64,000 bases of DNA from Scenedesmus sp. PABB004 (Eukaryota): NCBI GenBank assembly GCA_014905635.1, contig JABVCE010000014.1, forward strand, positions 1-64,000, read 5' to 3'. The position numbers and the translations under genes were made by a program. The notes beneath the pieces were generated by a model. It was not told the DNA's origin and did not search any database. It saw only the letters and a list, made by a program, of their open reading frames with translations. Below are positions 1-11,272 of the stretch, one piece after another (the stretch's first letter is position 1; every line of letters starts with the position of its first letter).

Positions 1-512
1 CACCAGCCCCGCGGCACGGGGGACACCGCCCAACCTTGCACGCTGCAGAAGAGGCGCGACACGCAGCCAGCCGGGGTCGTAGCAAGCCCCGGCCGCGGAC
101 CCCCCCGGCCCCTGCAGCTAGCCGCGCGCTGCTGGAGGGGGCCGTTGCGGCCCCCTCGGCCCCGTCTGGCTCCTGCCCCCGCCCCGGCTGCTGCGGGACC
201 GGCCGCTGCGGGCGCCCATCCCATGGCGCCGGCTCTCGGGCCGGGCGCGGGACCGGCGCGCGGTCGTGCTCTCGCTGGGGCAGGCCGTGCAGCCTTCGGC
301 CGCACGGCGCGCCAGCGGGAGGCGAGCCGCGCCGCGCACTTCCAGGCGGGCGTGCGCGGCGTCGCGCAGCTCGGGCAGCTGCTGGTGCAGGGCGGGCAGC
401 CGCTCCCCTGGGCCCGGCTACACCACGTGCGACCGCGACGGGCAGCGCACCCCCGGGGCCACCGTCGCGATCGCGATCAAGCCGGACGAGCAGTCGCGCG
501 CGGCGGCGGCTG

Positions 513-847
513 CGGTCGCACACTCACCCCATTGCGTGCATGGAGCCTAAAGGAAGCTACTCGGAACATTGGGCCTTAGTTGGGCTCTTGTGGAAGGTGC
601 TAACCGCGGTGGAAGCTGCTTACGGCGCAGCTTCCGGCAGCCGCCGAGAAACTGCGATTACCGATACCGTTTCGGCTATATAGCTCCGTGCGCCCGCCCC
701 GTTTGCCTAAGGAGTCTCTTCACCACGCACATGTAACCTTTGCTCCTTCACTCGTGTCTCCGTGCTCTCTCGTTGGCCAACCGCCGCTCGCCGCCGTTGT
801 CGACTCGCTCCTCTAGCCGGCAACAACCGCGCCTACTCCGACCAAGA
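513..847 (+). repeat. 5' LTR of copia element, clipped by ~19 bp at its 5' end
   Basis: Matches 10938-11272 with ~3 substitutions; ends ...CCGACCAAGA directly before the PBS. Confidence 0.9.
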
Positions 848-859
848 GGTCATGAGCCC
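848..859 (+). promoter_or_regulatory. Primer binding site, half-tRNA-iMet type
   Basis: GGTCATGAGCCC directly after the LTR; one mismatch to GGTTATGAGCCC, the complement of the tRNAiMet anticodon arm used by copia/Osser-type elements. Confidence 0.8.
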
Positions 860-1697
860 ATCCCCGCTGCTCTAAAGGCATCGCGGAGGCTTCGCGCGCA
901 TCGCACCGGCAACTCGACAACTTTTTTTTTTTTTTTTGTTACAATGGGTGACCTGACAAGGACCGAGGCCCAGGGGCAGCCCACTGAAAAAAGCTCCAAC
1001 GGGAAGAGCGCAGCAACCCCTCGTGAAAAACCGCGCCCCGGCGCCCCCCGAGAGGGGGCCCACACACCACCCAACGGCACAGCCAGAGGCCAACGCCCAA
1101 CGGGCGCCCAAGGAGACCAGGTGATGCCCCGCAATCAAAGGGGCAGCAGCAGATCAGGCCGCACACCCCCCTTCCGGTGCGGCGAGCCGCACCGGGCATC
1201 GGTGCAGCGAGGTTTTTTTTTTTTTTTTTGTTACAACGGGTGACCAGACAAGGACCGAGGCCCAGGGGCAGCCCATTGAAAAAAACTCAAACGGGAAGAG
1301 CGCAGCAACCCCTCGTGAAAAACCGCGCCCCGGCGCCCCCCGAGAGGGGGCACACACATCACCCAACGGCACAGCCAGAGGCCAACGCCCAACGGGCGCC
1401 CAAGGAGACCAGGTGATGCCCCGCAATCAAAGGGGCAGCAGCAGATCAGGCCGCACACCCCCCTTCCGGTGCGGCGAGCCGCACCGGGCATCGGTGCAGC
1501 GAGGTGCACCGGCTCCAAGCCTCCGCGCAGAGATCACGCGCAAACGCCATCCACGCTGGCGGCGGCAGGGGCCGGCCTCAGCGGCATCAGCCCCCGCGCC
1601 GCACGACGACACACGCACACACCAGGGGGCAGCAGTTGGCTTTGCTGCAAAAACCCCTGAGAAAGCCGCGCACCGATGAGAAAGCCGCCCCGGCTAC

Positions 1698-2785
1698 GGC
1701 GCGCCGGCTACGGCCAGGCCTGCACGGCCAGCGCCATCGCGCGGCGGGAGGCGGGCCAGAAGCGCAGCTGGGCGGAGCGGCAGCGAGCCGAGACGCCAGA
1801 CCCGGAGCCTGGGCTGCCGGCGTGGCAGAAAGTCTCGCCCCCGCGGCGCCACGTCATGGAGCGCGTCGGGCCGGCGGCGGCCGCTGCCGCCGCGGCGCGG
1901 CGCGAGGAGCATGAGCAGCGGCGGGAGCAGCAGCTGGAGCAGCGCAGGACCCTGGTTCAGGAGCCAGCGGCCAACGACCTCGTCGACCCGCTCACTGGTG
2001 CGACTGCGCCGCCGCGCGCCGGCGAGCGCGCGGAGCCGCCCGCCTGGGCCGCCTGCTACGTGCGCGCGCGGCAGGCGCGCATGCCGCGCGCCCTGCGACA
2101 CTTTGGCTGGAGCCTGCTGCACGGCGGGGTGCGCGTCAGCGGCGACAGGGTCTTCTCTTACCAGCGCGCGGCGCCGGAGCTGGCGGAGCTGGCGTGCCCG
2201 CACCCGCTCTGCCGCGCGCAGCAGCAGCCGCCGCTGGAGACGCTCGGCCACGTCCTCGGCGGATGCCCCGTGGCGGCGGCGGTGCTACAGTGGTTTGCTC
2301 ACCTCTGGGCGCGGCTGCAGCCGGGCTTCCCGCGCGCGCCGCCCCCGCCCAGGGTGATGCTGGCGGACGACTTTGCCAGGTCGGGCGTCGCGCCGGAGCT
2401 GCAGCAGCTCTGGACGCACCTCCGCCTGCTGCTGCTGCGCGCCCTGCTCGCCGCGCGCGCGCGGCACGGCGGCGGCCAGCCCGGGCACGCGCCTGTGGCG
2501 GCGATTCGCATCTTTGTGTACTCGGTGCGCGACGCCGTCGTGCTGGACTGGCGCAAGGCAGCGATGGACGTGCGCGCGATGGCGGGCGTGCCGCGCTCCT
2601 GGCTGTCGGGCTCCGGCAAGGAGCTCACTCGGGCAGATTTCGAACGCCGGTGGTGCCACCGAGGGGTCATCGCGCGCACGGGCCAGCACGGGGGCCGCTT
2701 CACAATGGAGTTCCGGCTCACCGCAGCGGGCGTGCCGGCGCTGCCGGCGGCGCCGGCGCTGGCCCCGCCGGCGGCGCAGGACCCC

Positions 2786-2816
<31 letters not shown>

Positions 2817-2833
2817 CGCAGCGCGGCGGCTAG
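1698..2833 (+). pseudogene. C-terminal fragment of L1-like ORF2 (zf-RVT-type cysteine-rich region)
   Basis: WSLLHGG...CPHPLC...ETLGHVLGGCP...LWTHLR...DW...FERRW motif series; followed by 3'UTR and TGTAAC-polyA at 3529-3553. Confidence 0.75.
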
Positions 2834-3415
2834 CTGCAGGGGCCGGGGGGTCCGCGGCCGGGCTTGCTGCGACCCCGGCTGGCTGCGTGTCGCGCCTCTT
2901 CTGCAGCGTGCAAGGTTGGGCGGTGTCCCCCCGTGCCGCGGGGCTGGTGTCTGCGTGTTTGTCGTCGCGCGGCGAGGGGGCTGCAGCCGATGGGGCCGGC
3001 CCTGGCGCCGCCGGCGTGTTTGGCGGCTGCACGCGCTCCGTGCGCGGCGGCTTGGCGTGCTGCCTGCCCGGTGGGGCGGCTTTCTCATCGGTGCGCGGCT
3101 TTCTCAGGGGTTTTTGCAGCAAAGCCAACTGCTGCCCCCTGGTGTGTGCGTGTGTCGTCGCGCGGCGCGGGGGCTGATGCCGCTGAGGACGGCCCCTGCC
3201 GCCGCCAGCGTGGATGGCGTTTGCGCGTGATCTCTGCGCGGAGGCTTGGAGCCGGTGCACCTCGCTGCACCGATGCCCGGTGCGGCTCGCCGCACCGGAA
3301 GGGGGGTGTGCGGCCTGATCTGCTGCTGCCCCTTTGATTGCGGGGCATCACCTGGTCTCCTTGGGCGCCCGTTGGGCGTTGGCCTCTGGCTGTGCCGTTG
3401 GGTGATGTGTGTGCC

Positions 3416-4735
3416 CCCTCCCGGGGGGCGCCGGGGCGCGGTTTTTCACGGGGGGTTGCTGCGCTATTCCCGTTGGAGTTTTTTTCAGTGGGCTGCCCCT
3501 GGGCCTCGGTCCTTGTCTGGTCACCCATTGTAACAAAAAAAAAAGAAAAAAAAGGGGAAACGGCGCCCGGCAGCGCCGCGCCGCGGCGCCCCCGAGCGGC
3601 GCGCGCGCGGGCGGCGCGCGGCCCGCGGCGCGGCGCGGCCGCCGGCGGCCCACCTCGGCGGCGCAGCGCGTGGAGGGGCAGCACGTTGGAGCCCCGCACC
3701 TCCGCTCCGCAGGGGCGGCGGGGCAGGGGAAACGGCGCCCGGCAGCGCCGCGCCGCGGCGCCGCCGAGCGGCGCGCGCGCGCGGGCGGCGCGCGGCCCGC
3801 GGCGCGGCGCGGCCGCCGGCGGCCGACCTCTCACTGGGCGACAGCAGCAGCTGGTTTTTTTTTTGTTTTGTTTTTGTTACAATGGGTGACCAGACAAGGA
3901 CCGAAGCCCAGGGGCAGCCCATTGCAGCAGCTGGTCGAGCTGCGCGAGGCTGGCCTCGTACTCCTCCGCCCGGCTCGCCGCCTGCTGCTGCGCAGTGCTG
4001 CCGGCAGGCTGGGTGGCCCCCTCTCGGGGGCGCCGGGGCGCGGTTTTTCACGAGGGGTTGCTGCGCTCTTCCCGTTGGAGTTTTTTTCAATGGGCTGCCC
4101 CTGGGCCTCGGTCCTTGTCTGGTCACCCATTGTAACAAAAAAAAAAGAAAAAAAAGGGGAAACGGCGCCCGGCAGCGCCGCGCCGCGGCGCCCCCGAGCG
4201 GCGCGCGCGCGGGCGGCGCGCGGCCCGCGGCGCGGCGCGGCCGCCGGCGGCCCACCTCGGCGGCGCAGCGCGTGGCGGGGCAGCACGTTGGAGCCCCGCA
4301 CCTCCGCTCCGCAGGGGCGGCGGGGCAGGGGAAACGGCGCCCGGCAGCGCCGCGCCGCGGCGCCGCCGAGCGGCGCGCGCGCGGGCGGCGCGCGGCCCGC
4401 GGCGCGGCGCGGCCGCCGGCGGCCGACCTCTCACTGGGCGACAGCAGCAGCTGGTGTTTTTTTTGTTTTGTTTTTGTTACAATGGGTGACCAGACAAGGA
4501 CCGAAGCCCAGGGGCAGCCCATTGCAGCAGCTGGTCGAGCTGCGCGAGGCTGGCCTCGTACTCCTCCGCCCGGCTCGCCGCCTGCTGCTGCGCAGTGCTG
4601 CCGGCAGGCTGGGTGGCCCCCTCTCGGGGGCGCCGGGGCGCGGTTTTTCACGAGGGGTTGCTGCGCTCTTCCCGTTGGAGTTTTTTTCAATGGGCTGCCC
4701 CTGGGCCTCGGTCCTTGTCTGGTCACCCGTTGTAA
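3416..4735. repeat. 600-bp tandem duplication (LINE 3' end + satellite + LINE 3' stub)
   Basis: 3416-4015 is repeated at 4016-4615, with a third partial copy from 4616. Confidence 0.85.
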
Positions 4736-5004
4736 CAAACAAAAAAAAAAAGGCTGGGTGGCCCGCCCCAGGGAGAGAACGACCGTGCGCTGGCCGCCCG
4801 GCCTCAGCTCCGGGCCCATGGGGATGGGGCCCCGCTTCGGCCGGAGCCGCAGCAGAACGTCGGGAGAAAGGCTCCATGCGGGGCCGTCAGCAGGGCTTCC
4901 ATCCCAGCGCCGGGCCGAACGAGCGCTCCTGGCGCTCCTGGGGCCGGCGCCAGCTGCAGCTGCTGCTGCAGCAGCAGCAGCAACCCTCGGCGGCCACGGC
5001 CGTT

Positions 5005-5936
5005 CCCGCCGCTGCTCCCGCCGCTGCTCATGCTCCTCGCGCCGCGCCGTGGCGGCAGCGGCCGCCGCCGGCCCGACGCGCTCCATGACGTGGCGCCGCG
5101 GGGGCGAGACTTTCTGCCACGCCGGCAGCCCAGGCTCCGGGTCTGGCGTCTCGGCTCGCTGCCGCTCCGCCCAGCTGCGCTTCTGGCCCGCCTCCCGCCG
5201 CGCGATGGCGCTGGCCGGGCAGGCCTGGCCGTAGCCGGCGCGCCAGAGGCCCGGCACGCAGCCAACGCCGGGCGTCCAGCCCCCTGCCGGCGTGACCTCG
5301 CGCGCGCAGCGCAGCTGCAGCAGCCGCAGGGTCGCGCCGCGCACCGTAAACTGCATGACCGTGGCCGCGTGCCCAAGCCCCCACACGGAGGGGTCGACGC
5401 GGACGTCAGGCCAGAAGCCCACAAGGCACCATCGCCGCGGCCTGCTGTGCATCTCCGGCTGCTCCGCCGGCGCCGCTGCCCCGGGCGCTCCGGCCGCCGC
5501 GCGCTGCGCGCCCGCCGCTGGCCGCGGCGCCTGCGCCGCGTCCACCACGCAGCAGTCCTCCCACCCCCCCGCCGCGACTATCTCGGGCGGGGGCTCGGCG
5601 GTGCGGAGCCTGCTGTCAGGCCCCACCTCGAAGAAGCTCGCCGCTGCCGCGCCCAGCGCCCACCGCCGTACCCACCGCACGGCGGGCGGCGGCGGCGGCG
5701 GCTGCGGCGGCTGCTCCACCGGCAGCGCCGCCAGCGGCTGCTGGGGCTGCTGCACCACGCCGCCGCCCGGCGACGGCGGCGCCGCGCTGGGCCGCAGCGC
5801 CTGCCAACCCGGCGCGCTCGGCCCGCTGCGCGCGAGCGCCTGCTGCCACTCACCCGGCATGACGACGCCGTCGGCGGCCAGCCGCCACGGCAGGCGCGGC
5901 GCCGCCTGCCCGAGGCTGTCGCTGCGCAGCTCCGCG
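5005..5936 (-). pseudogene. Upstream ORF2 fragment of the same LINE
   Basis: Minus ORF overlaps the 1698 ORF in sequence (RAGYGQAC.ASAIARREAGQKRSWAE...REEHEQRREQ) and extends further N-terminally (CLVGFWPDVRVDPSVWGLG). Confidence 0.7.
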
Positions 5937-6424
5937 GGCAACTCGACAACTCCGCGGAGCTCCGGAGGCCTCCGCAGCGGCCTCCGTCAAGCGGCCCAAA
6001 AAGAAGGCCCGAGTATCGAACCTGCGACCTCCACCGTCCTATTCGAGAGCCCATTGTCCTATTGTCTACTTGGCGCTTGGCAGAGGCCATCGCCCCTCGA
6101 CCGCGACTTTCGTTACTTGAGTCGCCCTTGTCAACCGCAGTAAATCGCGCCGCGCTTGCTCGCGCGTGCTCGTTTGCGCTCGTCGCGCTCCGTTGCGCTT
6201 CCCGCGCCGCGCCCGATCTACTCGGCGCCGCGCGCTCGACGTCGGCCCTTCTCGCGCCGACTTTGCCTCTTCTCACGCTCAAGGGCCTCGGCCCTTCGCC
6301 CGTCCGCCCGCCCGCGCCGCTCACAGGTGTACGTACGACCCGGCCGTGCGCATCGGTCATCAAGGCGGGCGTCCGTGCACCTTGGGCGTGCGTGTCTACA
6401 CGGCGGCGTGACGTTGGAGGACAG

Positions 6425-6562
6425 CCCTCGACCCTCGCGCCCCTACGACCCTCGGCGCCCTCGACCCTCGCGCCCCTACGACCCTCGGCGCCCTCGACCC
6501 TCGCGCCCCTACGACCCTCGGCGCCCTCGACCCTCGCGCCCCTACGACCCTCGGCGCCCTCG
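6425..6562 (+). repeat. 33-bp tandem repeat x4 in copia 5' leader
   Basis: Unit CCCTCGACCCTCGCGCCCCTACGACCCTCGGCG repeated four times plus a partial copy. Confidence 0.9.
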
Positions 6563-6718
6563 TCTAACTCGTAACGTGTGCGTACGTCTCGGCCGCGTGC
6601 ATCGGACATCTAGGCGGGGCGTCCGTGCACCTCGTACGTGCGCGCGTTTACGGCGCGGCGTGACGTGGGAGACATCCCGCTACAGCTCCATCGACCCGCC
6701 AACGCGGCTACCGTCACG

Positions 6719-9700
6719 ATGGACTTCGAGAAGTTTGGCGTCGAGCGCTTCACCGGCTCCAACTACGTCACGTGGAGCACCAAGATAACCTTCTACCTCA
6801 AGCTCAAGGGCTTCTATGGCGCGCTCATCGACGCGCCGCCGCCCGGCAACGACGCCGACGCCGTGGACGCCGCGCCCGCGCGCGACGCCGCGCGGGACGA
6901 CAAGGCCCTCGCCGCCGTCGTCCTCTCCGTCGACAACAAGATCTTGCCGCTCATCCAAACGTGCACCACCGCCAAGGAGGCGTGGGACAAGCTCGCCAAC
7001 ATGTACCACACCCAAAACACGGCAAGCATCGTGCGCTTCAAGCACGAGATGAGCACCCTCGCCAAGGGCAACACCGAGACCATCACGGCCTTTGCCGGCC
7101 GCGCGTACGCGCTCAAGGACAACCTCATCTCCGCCGGCGCCACGGTGGACGACATGGACATCTCGCTCGCCATGCTCGACAAGCTCCCGAGCGCTTACGA
7201 GGTCACCAAGAAGATCATCATGAGCAAGAAGCCCTTCCCCACGCTCGAGGAGGTCATCTCCGAGCTCTTGACCGTGGAGGCGCAAACCCCGGCCAACACC
7301 GAGAAGGCCTACTGTGCGACCGCGCCGCGGCCCAAGTTCAAGCCGCTCAACAAGACGTTCAACCCGCGCTTCAACAAGCCCTTCAACCCGCGCGCCCATG
7401 CTCGGCGCGTCGCGCTTCGTCAACCCGCCGCGCCCGTTCAACGGCGGCGGCCCGCCCGGCGGCAACCGGCCGCGCTTCGGCGCGTCCAAGGACGCCAAGG
7501 ACGTGTGCTACTATTGCAAGAAGCCCGGTCACTTCATCGGTGAGTGCCGCGAGCGCTTCGCGGCCGAGGCGCGCAAGGGCGCGCCCGGCACCGAGCGGCG
7601 CGAGGTGGCGTGGACCGCCACCACGCTCGCGCCCGACTATGACAACCCGGACTACGCGTGCACGTGGTTCATCGACTCGGGGGCCGAGCGCCACATCACC
7701 AACGACGCCGGCGACCTCATCAACCCCAAGCCGTGCTCGACCAAGGTCATCGTGGGCACCGGCGAGGTGGTCGCCGCCGAGTTCGAGGGCGACACCATCT
7801 TGCACGAGTCCAACGTCATCTCGCGGCGCATCGTGCTCCGCCGCGTGCTCTACATCCCCGGCTTTGCGGCCAAGCTCGTCTCCATCAAGATGGCCAAGCT
7901 CGCCGGCGCGACGTTCATCATGGAGGGCACAAGTGCGCCGTGCGCATGGGCGGCGAGACGATCGTCACCGCCATCGACGCGCCCAACGGCATCCCGTGCA
8001 TCGTGAGCAACACGCTCCGCGGCTCCCCGAGCCCGGCGCTCATCGCCAAAGAGGCGCCCGAGGTGTGGCACGCGCGCTTCGGCCACCTCGGCTACGCTAA
8101 CCTCGAGCGCGCCGCCAAGCACGGCATGGTGACCGGCATGGACCTCACGACCACCGACTTCAAGGCGCTCCCCATGTGCGAGCCGTGCGTGATGGGCAAG
8201 ACGACGCGCCTCCCCTTCGGTGAGTCCTCAACCGTGTACAACACGCCGCTCGCGCTCGTGAGCATGGACGTGTGCGGCCCCATGATCGAGCTCTCTTACG
8301 GCGGCGCCAAGTACGCCGCGACCTTCATCGACCACGCGACGGGCTACTCCATCGTGCGCACGCTCAAGAGCAAGGCCGACGTCGCGCCGGCCGTCAAGGA
8401 GGTGCTCAGCTACATGGAGAAGCAAACCGACGCGCACGTCAAGGCCGTCCGCACGGACAACGGCTCCGAGTACGTCAACGCCGACCTCTCCGGCTTCTTC
8501 AAGGACAAGGGCATCGCGCACCAAAAGACCATGCCCTACACGCCCGAGCAAAACGGCACCGCCGAGCGGCTCAACCGCACGCTCCTCAACAAGGTGCTCC
8601 CCATGATCTACGCCGCCGAGCTCCCGCCCGCGGCGTGGGGCGAGGCGATCGTGACCGCAAACTACCTTCGCAACCTCTCTCCCGTGAGCGGCAAGCCCAA
8701 GACGCCGTTTGAGGCCTTCTTCGGCCGCAAGCCCGACGTGTCAACGCTCCGCGTCTTTGGCGCCACGGCCTACGCCCACGTGCCCAAGGAGAAGAGGACC
8801 AAGCTCGAGCCGCACGCCGAGAAGGGCATCATGGTGGGCTACCCGGCCTTTGGCAAGGGTTACCGCATCCTCATGCCCGACGGCAACATCAAGTCGAGCC
8901 GCAACGTCGTCTTTGACGAGAGCAAGGTGCTCTCCAAGAGCTTCGCCAACTACGAGCCCCCGACGCTCATCGACCCCGACATCACCCGCTACGCCGCCGA
9001 GAAGTTCCCGGCGGACGACGCCTTTGAGGACGAGCCCGACTCCGGCGCGCACGACGGCGCGCCGCCGAGCGGCTCCCCGCCGGGCACCCCGGGCGGCTCC
9101 CCGCCCGCGAGCCCCGGCGGCTCCCCGCCCTCGAGCCCGGGCGGCTCGCCGCCGCCCGCGCCGAGCCCGGCACCCGAGAGCAACGACAACACGCCGGCGC
9201 CGACCACTGGCGGCACCGACGCCACCACCGGCGGCACCATCACGCGCTCGGGGCGCGTGTCGCGCAAGCCCGGTGAGTGGTGGAACGCCGGCGCCGCCGC
9301 CGCGCACTATGCGGGGCAGATCTTGCCCGACCCGGCCACGCGCACCGAGGCGCTCGGCCGGCTCGACGCGTCCAAGTGGGACGACGCCATGAACGAGGAG
9401 ATCGCCGCCCACGTGGCCAACAACACGTGGGAGCTCGACGTGCCGCCCGCCGGCATCAAAATCATCCCGACCAAGTGGGTCCTCACGACCAAGACCGACC
9501 TCGCCGGCATCATTGAGCGCTACAAGGGCCGCATCGTCGCCAAGGGCTTCCACCAGATCGAGGGCATCGACTACGACGAGGTCTTCGCCCCCGTCGGCAA
9601 GTACGCCACGCTGCGCACAGTGTTCGCGCTCGCCGCGGCGCACGACTACGAGATCATCCAAATTGACATTAAGAACGCCTTCCTCCAAGGCAACCTCGAG

Positions 9701-10898
9701 GAGGAGGTGTGGATCAGCCAACCCGAGGGCTACGACGACGGCTCTGGCCGCGCGTGCCGCCTTATCAAGCGAGCCTGTGGTGTAACTATCTTTATCTTTA
9801 TCTTTTATCAAAGCGCTCTACGGCCTCAAGCAGGCCCCGCGCGCGTGGCACTCGCGCCTGCACGAGGAGCTCACCAAGATGGGCTTCGCGCCGTCCAAGG
9901 CCGACGCATCGCTCTACGTCGGCACCTCCGGCGCGTACATCCTCATCTACGTCGACGACATCCTCATCATTGCGCGCAACCGCGCGCTCGCCGAGTCGGT
10001 CAAGGCGGAGCTCTTTGCCGCCTTCAAGACCCGCGACCTCGGCGAGGTCAGCCAGTACCTCGGCATGCACATCACGCGCGACCGCATCAACAAGACCATC
10101 AAGATCACCAACGAGAAGATGGTGACCGAGCTCGTCTCCAAGTACGGGCTCGCCGACTGCGCGCCCCGCGACATCCCCGTGAGCCTCGGCACCAAGCTCA
10201 CCAAGGACAACGGCGACCCGCTCGACACCGTGGCCTACCCCTACACGTCGCTCGTGGGAGCGCTCCTCTACCTCTCCATCACGGTGCGCCCCGACATCGC
10301 CTTTGCGGTGAGCGCGTTGACGCGCTTCATGTCCTGCCCCACGACCGTGCACTGGGGCGTGGCCAAGGGCGTGCTCCGCTACCTGGCCGGCACCACCGAC
10401 ATCGGCATCATCTACGGCGGCATCAAGGGCAGCCTGGACCTCAACGGCATGTGTGACTCGGACTACGCGGCCGACCTCGACACGCGCCGCTCGACCACCG
10501 GCTACGTCTTCACCCTCAACGGCGGCGCAATCACCTGGTCCAGCAAGAAGCAGCAGACCGTCGCAGCCTCCACCACCGAGGCCGAGTACATGGCCGCCTC
10601 CGCTGCGGTCAAGGAGGCCCTCTGGCTGCGCAAGCTCATGAGCGACCTCAAGGTCAACATCGGCGCCATCGACATCCTCTCCGACAACCAGGGTGCGATC
10701 AAGCTGCCGCGCAACCCCGTGTCCTCGCAGCGCTCGAAGCACATTGACGTCGCGCACCACTTTGCGCGCGAGCGCGTGGCCCGCGGCGAGGTCACGTTCC
10801 ACTACGTGCCCACGGCCGACAACATCGCCGACGCGCTCACCAAGCCGCTGGCGCTGTCAAAGTTTGTGGCGTGCCGCACCGGCATGGGCATGGTGTGA
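6719..10898 (+). pseudogene. Copia gag-pol polyprotein, three frameshifts
   Basis: Gag (FTGSNYVTW), CCHC knuckle CYYCKKPGHFIGEC, protease WFIDSGA, GAG-pre-integrase WHARFGH, integrase (VRTDNGSEY, PEQNGTAERLNRT), RT (IYVDD), RNase H (DSDYA, SKHID, ADALTK); frame breaks near 7390, 7930 and 9770. Confidence 0.93.
9769..9804 (+). mobile_element. 36-bp retroposed 3' stub with (TATCTT)3 tail
   Basis: Interrupts RT motif RLIK-ALYGLKQ; TGTAAC then (TATCTT)3; 7-bp TSD TTATCAA at 9762-9768 and 9805-9811. Confidence 0.8.
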
Positions 10899-10918
10899 GT
10901 GTTGCGTCCGCGTGGGAG

Positions 10919-11272
10919 TGATGAGAGTGCGTGTTTTCGGCCGCACACTCACCCCATTGCGTGCATGGAGCCTAAAGGAAGCTACTCGGAACATTGGGCC
11001 TTAGTTGGGCTCTTGTGGAAGGTGCTAACCGCGGTGGAAGCTGCTTACGGCGCAGCTACCGGCAGCCGCCGAGAAACTGCGATTACCGATACCGTTTCGG
11101 CTATATAGCTCCGTGCGCCCGCCCCGTTTGCCTAAGGAGTCTCTTCACCACGCACATGTAACCTTTGCTCCTTCACTCGTGTCTCTGTGCTCTCTCGTTG
11201 GCCAACCGCCGCTCGCCGCCGTTGTCGACTCGCTCCTCTAGCCGGCAACAACCGCGCCTACTCCGACCAAGA
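10919..11272 (+). repeat. 3' LTR of copia element
   Basis: Starts TG after PPT-like CGTGGGAG (10911-10918); matches the 5' LTR; contains a TATATA box and a TGTAA signal. Confidence 0.9.

Larger units (their letters stand above)
922..5936 (-). mobile_element. Complex, rearranged L1-like non-LTR retrotransposon insertion in the copia leader
   Basis: Flanked by direct repeat GGCAACTCGACAAC(T) at 908-922 and 5937-5951; begins with poly(T) followed by GTTACA (TGTAAC-polyA on minus); contains ORF2-like fragments and multiple 3' ends. Confidence 0.85.
513..11272 (+). mobile_element. Ty1/copia LTR retrotransposon, degenerate, with nested insertions
   Basis: Two ~99% identical LTRs (513-847, 10919-11272), PBS at 848, PPT before 10919, and a gag-PR-IN-RT-RH order typical of copia. 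Confidence 0.95.

Noticed and set aside
1..512. Possible gene or LINE endonuclease fragment (PGYTTCDRDG...VAIAIK)
   Set aside because: Only a faint motif resemblance with no consistent frame; cannot be supported
6425..6562. 33-bp repeats as CRISPR or coding repeat
   Set aside because: No spacers; lies in the copia leader upstream of the gag ATG
7380..7940. Programmed gag-pol frameshifting
   Set aside because: No clear slippery site; multiple breaks fit decay or sequencing indels in an element type that normally has a single ORF
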